From Saprospira grandis str. Lewin (GTDB taxonomy: Bacteria > Bacteroidota > Bacteroidia > Chitinophagales > Saprospiraceae): a DNA stretch of 64,000 nt. Location: the NCBI RefSeq assembly GCF_000250635.1, contig NC_016940.1:1288995-1352994 (forward strand). The letters are read 5' to 3'. Each line of letters opens with the position of its first letter. Within the stretch, counting starts at the first letter, position 1. This document shows, piece by piece, positions 47,771 to 55,715 of this stretch. The notes beneath the pieces were generated by a model. The model was not told the origin of the DNA, made no database searches, and was given only the letters and a program-made list of their open reading frames with translations. The position numbers were made by a program, and so were the translations under genes.

Positions 47771-48028
47771 TTATTCTTCTTCCTCCTCAGCTTCTGGCTG
47801 AGTCAGTGTTTTGATAGAAAGCGCAATAAAACGCATAATATAGATGCCCAAAAAGGAGGTAAAATAACCAATCAAGTACATCCAGAACACCCAGTTGCGC
47901 TCAATTTCACTCATATTCACCACCTCTCTGGTATAACCAAAGAACCAAAGGAACACCACCGCCATGGGCAGCGAGACGATCAGGGCCACAATTAGCCAAA
48001 TGAACTCTCTTGCGATTATTTTAAACAT
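47771..48028 (-). CDS. small membrane protein (2 TM) at head of CIS operon
   Basis: Two hydrophobic helices (FIWLIVALIVSLPMAVVFLWFF and WVFWMYLIGYFTSFLGIYIM) and a poly-Glu tail. Confidence 0.5.
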   Translation of the reverse strand: MFKIIAREFIWLIVALIVSLPMAVVFLWFFGYTREVVNMSEIERNWVFWMYLIGYFTSFLGIYIMRFIALSIKTLTQPEAEEEEE

Positions 48029-48078
48029 GCTCTATTTTTGTTAGCCTCGATATCGTACAAGGTTGTTTTTGATTTTGA

Positions 48079-48244
48079 TTTTTTGGGGCTGCCCCTCCTT
48101 TCAGTCGGGTCGGGCTGTGCCGCAGCTCGCAGTTCTGCTCGGCCCTGCGCTTTTTTCGCTTCGCTCAAAAAGCTGGGTCTGGCCTTCGGCCACTGCTATC
48201 CATCCCTCAGCCTGCGGCGGCTTTGCCGCCTACTCGCCGCAAAA
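48079..48244 (+). repeat. GC-rich interspersed repeat, copy 17 (forward)
   Basis: The sequence ttttttggggctgcccctcctttcagtcgggtcgggctgtgccgcagctcgcagttctgctcggccctgcgc...ccatccctcagcc matches the family. Confidence 0.9.
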
Positions 48245-48248
48245 GGAC

Positions 48249-48550
48249 CTAAGGTAATCGTTTTTGTTGGCGCTTGAGCAGCATGCTCGCCACCCAAGTT
48301 AAGAGACCGCCCAAAATGGTTCCGACCAAGAAGGTGGCCACCCAATTATTGAACAAGCCCAAATTATTGCCGATAAACAAAACAATTGTGGCAAAAAGGA
48401 CCAAATAGAAAATCCGGAATGCGCCACTGTAAAACATTACATCTCGCACCTTCCAATCTAGTAAAGAGAAGGCAAAACCCACAGCCATAAAAAACAGCAT
48501 GGCCAAAAGGGTCGAGAAGACTACGCCATTGGCTTTTTTAATTTGGTAGG
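48249..48550 (-). pseudogene. orphaned C-terminal membrane-anchor fragment of the IS-disrupted GH18-like gene
   Basis: The open frame ...YQIKKANGVVFSTLLAMLFFMAVGFAFSLL...FLVGTILGGLLTWVASMLLKRQQKRLP aligns with the C-terminus of the intact paralog (ATLLAVLLFWAIFASAGF...LLGLVIGGFFTYGVIYLVDKQQAKAP). It has no ATG; the track ORF uses TTG. It abuts the IS left end. Confidence 0.7.
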
Positions 48551-48592
48551 TGTCTTGTCCTGATATACTGATACAACAAAAACAGAAGATAG

Positions 48593-49015
48593 ATGGAAAA
48601 TAAAGAAGGTCAGTATGTTAAGCGGACGCAAAAAGATTATACCTTAGCTTTTAAGCTCCAAGTTGTGTCGGAAGTAGAAAATGGCGAGATTGGATTAAGG
48701 GCGGCTCAACGGAAGTATGGGATACAAGGAGACAGTACAATTCGGACATGGATCGAGAAACATGGCCAATACGATAAAAGCTATAAATTAAGAAGTATGA
48801 AGAAGAGTCCAGAACAAGAATTGATGGAGTTGCGTCAGCAATTGAAGCTTTTAGAGAAGAAAAATCGTCGCTTGGAAAAGGAGCTAAATCAGGCAGATAA
48901 GAAGGCCTTGTTTTTTGATATGATGATAGATATAGCGGAAGAAGAGTTTGAAATTCCAATCAGAAAAAAGTCTTTACCCGAACAGTTGATAAATTCCAAA
49001 AAGAAGAAAAAATAA
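48593..49015 (+). CDS. IS3-family transposase OrfA (HTH)
   Basis: The N-terminal HTH is followed by a leucine-zipper-like segment (LMELRQQLKLLEKKNRRLEKEL) and ends in a Lys-rich slippery region. Confidence 0.8.
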   Translation: MENKEGQYVKRTQKDYTLAFKLQVVSEVENGEIGLRAAQRKYGIQGDSTIRTWIEKHGQYDKSYKLRSMKKSPEQELMELRQQLKLLEKKNRRLEKELNQADKKALFFDMMIDIAEEEFEIPIRKKSLPEQLINSKKKKK

Positions 49016-49035
49016 GCTTAAGTGGCTTATGTCGA

Positions 49036-49899
49036 TTGGTCGGGATAAATCGTCAGCAGTACTATAGATCGAAGGCGAAACATAGATCTAATCAGGGTTT
49101 GGCAGAAAAAGTAGTTGCCTTAGTTCAAGAAGTACGGAACAAAATGCCTCGCTTAGGAGGCCGCAAATTGTACCATTTACTTCAATCTGAGTTGAAGGCT
49201 CTGCGAGTAGGCCGAGATAAGTTTTTTACTATTTTGCGGGCCAACAATCTGCTAGTTCGACCTCGAAAGAACTATCATACAACGACAAATTCCTTCCACC
49301 ACTACAGAAAGCATAAGAACAAGATAGCTGATTTGAAAATTTATCGGCCAGAGCAAGTCTGGGTTTCAGATATTACTTACATTGGAACGAGAGAAAATCC
49401 AATGTATTTAGCCTTGGTCACAGACGCTTATTCTAAGCAAATAATGGGATATGATGTCTCTGACAGCTTGAGCAGTATTGGCTCTATTCGAGCCTTAAAA
49501 CAGGCTGCAAAGCGTCGTCTATATCCTAACGAAGAGCTGATTCATCATTCTGATCGGGGCATTCAGTACTGCTCAAATGATTATCAGCAAGTACTCAAAG
49601 AGCTAGGCATAAGTTGCTCTATGACTGAGTCTTATGACCCTTATGCAAATGCCGTAGCAGAGCGAATAAATGGAATATTAAAGCAAGAGTTTATTGCAGA
49701 TTTTTTCCATTTAGGGCTAGATGCGATGAAGAAAATAGTGGCTCAAAGTATTGATATTTACAACCAAGCGCGGCCACATTGGTCTTGTCAATTTATGCCG
49801 CCTGCTGAAATGCACCAACAACAAGAGCTCGAATATAAGAGCTATAAAAAGAAAACAACTCTAGCCCAAGATCATCTTAAGCCAGAGTTGTTAAATTGA
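49036..49899 (+). CDS. IS3-family transposase OrfB (rve DDE integrase core)
   Basis: WVSDITYIGT...HSDRGIQYCSNDYQQVL...ESYDPYANAVAERINGILKQE shows the DDE motif and K/R-containing rve core. It is probably expressed as an OrfAB frameshift product. Confidence 0.85.
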   Translation: MVGINRQQYYRSKAKHRSNQGLAEKVVALVQEVRNKMPRLGGRKLYHLLQSELKALRVGRDKFFTILRANNLLVRPRKNYHTTTNSFHHYRKHKNKIADLKIYRPEQVWVSDITYIGTRENPMYLALVTDAYSKQIMGYDVSDSLSSIGSIRALKQAAKRRLYPNEELIHHSDRGIQYCSNDYQQVLKELGISCSMTESYDPYANAVAERINGILKQEFIADFFHLGLDAMKKIVAQSIDIYNQARPHWSCQFMPPAEMHQQQELEYKSYKKKTTLAQDHLKPELLN

Positions 49900-49988
49900 C
49901 AACAAGTTATTTCCGTAAGATTTTTTGACCTTTTTGAAGGAGGTCAAAATCTTCCAGAATAACTTTTCACCCGTATTTAATCAGAATT

Positions 49989-51908
49989 TTATTGCTTTAA
50001 ATTCTGTATCAGTTTTTCAGGACGGGACAAGGCAATCGTATAATGGATTTTATTGCTCTTGGCCACCTTATAGCGTTCAATTCGCTCCAATTTAGTATTC
50101 CAGATCTCTCTAGCGGCAAATTTTTCTTCTAAAGTTCGCCAAAGCTCGGTATAACCATGATCATAGCTGAGGGCCCAAACGGCCACCCCGCCCATTTTCT
50201 TTTCTAGCGCAAGGTCCATTTTCAGGCCCAAACTCGTAGAATTATCAAAGTAAATTTCTTTCAAGGGGTTGCCTAGGGTATCTACCAAAACGCCAATCAT
50301 ACTATTGTGCATTTTATCGTAACGCACCTTAAGGCGGTTGGCCCGGGCCAAATTCCGAATTTCAGAATAGGCCATATAGCCTTCAAAGCTCACGCCCTTA
50401 TCGCCTTCTAGTGCCCAAACCGCACCATGATAAGGCAAGCCCAAGACCAAGCTAGTGCTGTGCTTGGCTCCAATTTCCTGAACATATCGATCAATGGTTT
50501 CCTCCAGACTCTCTTCCAGGCTATCCGATTCGGAGATAATGCCCTCTAGGCCAGAAAAAAGGTCAAATTCATGAATTTGAATGGTATCCTGCTCCGGCTC
50601 AAACAAAAACATATTGATCGGATTGCGGGCCGCATAATATTTGGCTAGCTCTGCCCGGCAGGCGGTTGCTTTTAGGGCGCGGCGCAAATAAGGATTATCT
50701 CTTAAATCTTGAGTTGCTCGGATAATGCCCAAAACGGTCCCCAAATCATAGGTATTATACTCCAGATTGGTAATTCCAGCTCTGAGGATATACATATTTA
50801 AGGTATCGAGCAGCTGCTTCTTATAGCTATCGGTATGTAGTAGGTCAAGGCTTTTAATTGCAGAAGAAGTGCGGAGCACCGAATCGAGGCTAATATTTTC
50901 TGAGTAGCTCATATAGCTACGCTTCCATTTGGCCTCTGGCTTGAGCAAGGGCGTTAGGGGCACCTTACTTACCCCAGTGGGGCGCAGATGAAAATTGTAG
51001 GCGGAGACGATAAAAACGTCTACCCAATTTTGCAAAAAGCCTAGGTCATAGACCTTTTCGGGATCGCGTAGCGGCAAGCTCATCGCGATAGTAAAATTGG
51101 GATTTTCTTCTCTGAGGGCAAAAGAAAGCTCTCGGACAAAATCCTGAAAATCGTTTTTATACTCAATCGGGAGTTCTTCAAAGTTAATTTCTACCCCATC
51201 GCCACCGGCATAATTGAGCACAGAAATAAGGCTATCAATTAGGTTGCGTTGGACCACCTTGGCCGAGGTAAAAAAGATTTCGCTACGTTCTCCTCTATGG
51301 CAAGAAAGCGTCAGCATAGCTTTACAGCTATCTTTATGAGCTGTTTTTACAAAGTCGCCATTTTTAAACTGATCAATCGCTTCAAAATCTTCATAACCGC
51401 CGGTAAAGGGGTTGAGCTTATAGGCATAAAAAGCGGCATGAGTAAGCAGGCCAAAATTATAGTTATGAAACTTATCGCCTGCCCAGGCGGGGTGCCAACC
51501 CCAAACCACTAAATTTTGTTTACTGTTAATCTGAGTAGACTGCACATAGACGGCAGGTTCTTGCTCATACATTTCGTCAGCGCCCAAAGGTTTTTCGTAT
51601 CGAGAGTAGCGGCCCTTAGCCATTACCTTTCGATCGGTTTCCGTAGGCATGCCCCACCAATGGCGGGCTAGCGTTCTGAAACGGGTTTGGCTCAGCTCCA
51701 AGACCACCTTATTTTCAATAATGGTATCTTTCTCGCGCAGCTTTTCGAGTCGTTGCAAGCGCAACTCCGAAGAGTCTTCAGCTGTAGGTCTTAGGATTTG
51801 GGTGCCATTTAGCTCACTACCATCTAGCTGTGCCAAGAGCGCAGTAGTTGCCCAGGCAGAACAGAAAAGGAGGAGAAAAACGGTCCGTGTATGAGTCCAG
51901 ATCAACAT
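49989..51908 (-). CDS. GH18 (chitinase-like) domain protein, C-terminally truncated by the IS insertion
   Basis: Signal peptide and GH18 fold landmarks are present: KAMLTLSCHRG, GGDGVEINFEELP with a degenerate DxxDxDxE motif (DGVEINFE), DVFIVSAYNFH and LVLGLPYHGAVW. The last 12 codons (SRPEKLIQNLKQ*) are encoded by the IS right inverted repeat. Confidence 0.6.
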   Translation of the reverse strand: MLIWTHTRTVFLLLFCSAWATTALLAQLDGSELNGTQILRPTAEDSSELRLQRLEKLREKDTIIENKVVLELSQTRFRTLARHWWGMPTETDRKVMAKGRYSRYEKPLGADEMYEQEPAVYVQSTQINSKQNLVVWGWHPAWAGDKFHNYNFGLLTHAAFYAYKLNPFTGGYEDFEAIDQFKNGDFVKTAHKDSCKAMLTLSCHRGERSEIFFTSAKVVQRNLIDSLISVLNYAGGDGVEINFEELPIEYKNDFQDFVRELSFALREENPNFTIAMSLPLRDPEKVYDLGFLQNWVDVFIVSAYNFHLRPTGVSKVPLTPLLKPEAKWKRSYMSYSENISLDSVLRTSSAIKSLDLLHTDSYKKQLLDTLNMYILRAGITNLEYNTYDLGTVLGIIRATQDLRDNPYLRRALKATACRAELAKYYAARNPINMFLFEPEQDTIQIHEFDLFSGLEGIISESDSLEESLEETIDRYVQEIGAKHSTSLVLGLPYHGAVWALEGDKGVSFEGYMAYSEIRNLARANRLKVRYDKMHNSMIGVLVDTLGNPLKEIYFDNSTSLGLKMDLALEKKMGGVAVWALSYDHGYTELWRTLEEKFAAREIWNTKLERIERYKVAKSNKIHYTIALSRPEKLIQNLKQ

Positions 51909-51953
51909 AAGTCTTAGGAATAAAATCGTCTGAATAAGAAATTGGGGTCTACA

Positions 51954-53840
51954 TTAAGGGGCTTTAGCTTGCTGCTTATCCACCAGATAGATGACGCCAT
52001 AAGTAAAGAAGCCACCAATCACAAGGCCGAGCAGCAAAATAGAAGCGCCACCACGGAATAGGCCATAATAAGAGCCGACCATGAGCAGTAGTGCCGAGAA
52101 CCAGCCCAAGTAGATCATTCTAAAACGACCATTGGCAAATAGGGCTCTACGCACCTGCTTATTAAAGAGTGCCATGCAAAAGCCTGCAGAGGCAAAAATG
52201 GCCCAAAAGAGCAAGACCGCTAAAAGGGTGGCCCCCCAGCTTCTGGCTGCTTTACTGGCTGCGCCTAGCTTTTCATAAGATTCTAGCTTGGGCATTTCTA
52301 TGGTCGTAAACTCTGAAGAGAGGGTATTCCATACATTATAATAGCCCAAATCGTAGCCCAATGGCCAAACCCCTACTCCAGCCAAGCCCATATCATTGAT
52401 AAATTGATATTTGAGGCGAAGCGTACGCACATCATCATAGTAGAGTTCGGTACGTTCTATATCATCAATTTGTAGGGCGCCCCCTACTTTCTTAAAGATC
52501 GTATCTTCTTTGGCCCAAACATAAGAGTAGTAGTTAGAGTCAATGCCCACGGCCGTACTATCTCGCATCACAAAATCATTTTGGATTTTGCTATAGGGCA
52601 CATAGCCTTCTAGATCAAAGCCACGGTTACTACTTTTCCAGAGTGTTCCATAGTTAGGGAGGGCCAAAATGAGTCGGTTGGCCGCATCTCGACCAATAGA
52701 GGCAATATAATGCTCTACCGACGAGCGAATATCTTCTTCGCCAGAGGCGGCGGTAAAGTTCAGCGGGGCCCCGGGTTTCTTAATAATTTCGCCCGTTTTG
52801 GGGTCATTGTGGTAATCTACGGCCTTAATGATAAAGAAATCGACATGTTCCTTCATTTTGCCCAGATTAAACACTCCTTCAATATCTACAGCCGGAACGC
52901 TCATACAAACTGCTAGATCTGGCGAAACTGCTCTTAGGGTAAAGGAGAGTTGGCGAACAAACTTCATGAACTCTATCTGGGCTAAGGTGGGCACATTCTC
53001 AAAGTTAATCTCTACCCCATCGGCCTTAGAGGTATCCATCAGGTAGACAATATTATCAATGAGATTTTGCCTTTGCTTGGCATTTTCGGGAGCTAAAAAG
53101 AAGGCATTGTTATCATAGCTATGGCTCGTAATACTAAGCAGCACCTTACAGTCTTTGGCATGAGCGGTGGGCACAATGCCATTATCGGGATCATCGCCCC
53201 CCAAAAAGTCATGAATAACGGTAGAGTCTAGCGCTTCTCCAGTATAGGGGTCAATATCGTAGCCATAATAGGCAATGGCCGAAAGCAGGCCATAGTCATA
53301 AGTTTTATAGGCGTTACCATTAAAGTGTGCATGCCAGCCAAAAACAGTGACAAACTGGCTAGCTGTTCCTTTAACCAATTTGGGCACTCGAAACTCAGAG
53401 CTATCAATAGCACTAATAGAATCTCTTTGGCGCTCAAACTTAAGTTTAGCGGCTAGGTCGGCATCGCTAGGGGTCATCCACCATTGAGTCAAAAGGTCGA
53501 TAAAACGCTCTTTGTTGTTGGGGTTTTCAATCTCCCGCTTTGCGTTTTCGTCCTCAATCAGTTCTTCTAAGGTAGGGTCATATTCCCGCTCAAAGTCTTC
53601 TTTTTTGAAAGAGGGCAACTTTTTATACTCATCTGATTTGGTCCGATAAGCATTTTTGACCGTTGTTTTTCGGCTTTCAAACTCATCGCGCAGGGCCCGA
53701 GTGGCTTTTTTCTCTAGGGCGTTGCCTCCGCCTTTTTTGGCGGTTTGGATGGCAATACGGCTTTGGCCCCAGCTATTACTTGCCAAAAACAAGCAACTAA
53801 TCAGGAGCAATTTAGCCGTTATATGAATGAAAATTCGCAT
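51954..53840 (-). CDS. GH18 (chitinase-like) domain membrane protein, intact paralog
   Basis: Signal peptide. The degenerate catalytic motif is the same (ADGVEINFENVP). Other landmarks are CKVLLSITSH, DFFIIKAVDYH and LILALPNYGTLW. The C-terminus has 2-3 TM helices. Confidence 0.6.
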   Translation of the reverse strand: MRIFIHITAKLLLISCLFLASNSWGQSRIAIQTAKKGGGNALEKKATRALRDEFESRKTTVKNAYRTKSDEYKKLPSFKKEDFEREYDPTLEELIEDENAKREIENPNNKERFIDLLTQWWMTPSDADLAAKLKFERQRDSISAIDSSEFRVPKLVKGTASQFVTVFGWHAHFNGNAYKTYDYGLLSAIAYYGYDIDPYTGEALDSTVIHDFLGGDDPDNGIVPTAHAKDCKVLLSITSHSYDNNAFFLAPENAKQRQNLIDNIVYLMDTSKADGVEINFENVPTLAQIEFMKFVRQLSFTLRAVSPDLAVCMSVPAVDIEGVFNLGKMKEHVDFFIIKAVDYHNDPKTGEIIKKPGAPLNFTAASGEEDIRSSVEHYIASIGRDAANRLILALPNYGTLWKSSNRGFDLEGYVPYSKIQNDFVMRDSTAVGIDSNYYSYVWAKEDTIFKKVGGALQIDDIERTELYYDDVRTLRLKYQFINDMGLAGVGVWPLGYDLGYYNVWNTLSSEFTTIEMPKLESYEKLGAASKAARSWGATLLAVLLFWAIFASAGFCMALFNKQVRRALFANGRFRMIYLGWFSALLLMVGSYYGLFRGGASILLLGLVIGGFFTYGVIYLVDKQQAKAP

Positions 53841-53876
53841 TTCGTTCTGCTTTTCAAATTCTCAATGGGCTATAAA

Positions 53877-54917
53877 TTAGCCTTCTTCGGTCTTAAATAC
53901 GGGAATCTTTTTCTGCAAAAAGATTTCTTGGACGCGTTCCCGCTTAATAATCTCCAAGATTTCGGCTCGTTTGAGTTGAAACTTGGCCACCTTGATATAG
54001 ACCCGGACTCCGGTGACCGTATTGAGGTTTCTGAAGCACATTTTGAGCTGCTTATAGGTACCCGCTTTATAGGCGGGAATCACGCCAAAAGGAGGCGGAT
54101 TGAGGCCCTGTGTTCCTACATAATTATCGTTAGCTCGAGGGTCTTTAAAGTCGTATCGGAGGTTTCGGGCCAAAGAGTTGTTGGCCATAGGGAGGGTTTC
54201 GGTCAGGCCCAGGCCGTAGGCCATTAGGGGTTCAGACACCTCGGCGGTAATCCAGCTAAGCTTAGGGTTGGCCTTTAGGTTTTGGTAATCTTGATGGGCC
54301 TTCTCGCCAATGCCGATCCAGTAGACGGCATATTGATAATCGCCATCGAGTAAGGCTTCTGTGATACAGCTATCGGCTAGCGATTGATAATCTAGGGCGG
54401 GCTGTAGGTCCAGCTGAATTTCAGTAATATCTGGATAGGGAATAGTATCGGGATAGGCGGTGCGCATGGTATCAATAGAGGTCGTGACCATGACATCATC
54501 TAGGACCAGGGAGTCTTGAAAAGACATGGCTGGAAATTTATAGATTTGCATCCGAAAGGTCCGGCCCAATAGTCCTCTATTTTTCATCACGAAGTTGTGC
54601 GTTCCGTCTTTAGAGGCCATAAAAGACTCTCGTTCTAGGCTGCGCACTTTTTTCATACGCATTTTAAATTGAGTGCCAGGCAGTTCTACGATGAGGCGCC
54701 CCAATTTGCGGGCCCCAATAGTCTGCATATCGATAACTATTTGCTCGCCTTGTTTGAGGTCGTAAGAGAGCACCTTTTTTTTCCAGGCGCCCAATTCTAC
54801 GAGTTCATCAAAAAGGACAATTCGTTCGTCGTAGGAGTTTTGGGCCTGTAGGGGGCTATATAGCAGGCATAATAATAGGGCAAACCACTGCCAATGCAGC
54901 TTTTTGGGTATTCTCAT
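53877..54917 (-). CDS. hypothetical secreted protein
   Basis: Start chosen at MRIPKKLHWQWFALLLCLLYSPLQAQ (signal peptide); the track ORF runs to 54956. No recognisable domain. Confidence 0.5.
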   Translation of the reverse strand: MRIPKKLHWQWFALLLCLLYSPLQAQNSYDERIVLFDELVELGAWKKKVLSYDLKQGEQIVIDMQTIGARKLGRLIVELPGTQFKMRMKKVRSLERESFMASKDGTHNFVMKNRGLLGRTFRMQIYKFPAMSFQDSLVLDDVMVTTSIDTMRTAYPDTIPYPDITEIQLDLQPALDYQSLADSCITEALLDGDYQYAVYWIGIGEKAHQDYQNLKANPKLSWITAEVSEPLMAYGLGLTETLPMANNSLARNLRYDFKDPRANDNYVGTQGLNPPPFGVIPAYKAGTYKQLKMCFRNLNTVTGVRVYIKVAKFQLKRAEILEIIKRERVQEIFLQKKIPVFKTEEG

Positions 54918-55118
54918 ATATCCGTAGCATCTAAGGTTCTGAAGCAAATTTGGCAATTAAAAGTATAGTGTGTGGGCCAAAATCTGCTAGTACAAGCCCA
55001 AATTAAAGCTTTTTTCAAAATTAACCTTAAAATTCTAGGGCCTTTTCTAAACAAAACCTTAAAGGTCCATCAATCGTCTACCCTTCAAAGTTTTAGGGCC
55101 AAATATTTTCTGGATTTT

Positions 55119-55655
55119 CTTTTGGGGCTGCCCCAGCCTTTGGCTGGGTCGGGCTGTGTCGCAGCTCGCTGTTCGCTCGGCCCTGCGGCGGCTTTGCCGC
55201 CTGGGTCTGGCCTAAGGGCCACTGCTTTCCATCCCTCAGCCGAGGCGCTGCGCGCCTTGGCAGGCGGCTTTGCCGCCTGCTATATGAATGAGCTGAGGCC
55301 CGGAGGGCCGAAGGCTATGCAGCTAGTGTTGGCCCCCAAGGCCAACGCTAGCTGCCCCCAGGCGGAGGCGGCTTTGGAGGGTCTTTGGCCTGAAATGGAA
55401 TATACTGAGGGCCAAATTTAAATTCAAGCAGAGAAGAAAGTGGCCAGCCGCCTACCGCCGGCCGGGTCAAATCAGCCCGCAGGGCTGTCTGAACAAAATG
55501 CCATTTTGCAGCGGCGAAGCCGCTGCAAGGGCCTAGCGCTGTGCAGGGGTGGCCGCAGGCCAGACCAAGGAGCGAAGCGACGCAGGGCCGAGCAGACCTG
55601 CGAGCCCCGCAACATAGCGCCGCAGCAAAGCTGCGGAGGCCCCAAAAGAAAAAAG
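55119..55655 (+). repeat. left arm of ~540-bp inverted repeat pair (two fused GC-rich repeat units, copies 18 and 19, plus linker)
   Basis: It is at least 95% identical to the reverse complement of 60543..61157. For example ggcggctggccactttcttctctgcttgaatttaaatttggccctcag here versus its reverse complement there. It includes the internal palindrome gctatgcagctagtgttggcccccaaggccaacgctagctgc. Confidence 0.9.
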
Positions 55656-55715
55656 TCTAGCCCTTAAAAGAGCTAGACCATTTTCAGCGCATCAAACGCA
55701 ATGGGGATAATAAAA

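Larger units (their letters stand above)
48551..50034 (+). mobile_element. IS3-family insertion sequence (~1.48 kb)
   Basis: Imperfect terminal inverted repeats are TGTCTTGTCCTGATATACTGATACA (left) and TGTATCAGTTTTTCAGGACGGGACAAGGCA (right, ending CA). orfA and orfB lie in frames 0 and -1. Confidence 0.8.

Noticed and set aside
34008-48028. Possibility that the tail-like cluster is a prophage tail module or a type VI secretion system
   Set aside because: The 64-kb window has no capsid, portal, terminase, integrase or lysis genes. It has no TssK, TssJLM, TssA or ClpV. A DUF4255 terminator and a fibre-like gene fit an extracellular CIS or tailocin instead. A phage remnant outside the window cannot be excluded.
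48593-49899. Treating the transposase ORFs as an intact single gene
   Set aside because: orfA and orfB are in different frames with a 20-bp gap, the usual IS3 arrangement that needs -1 frameshifting. No continuous ORF exists, so I annotated them separately.
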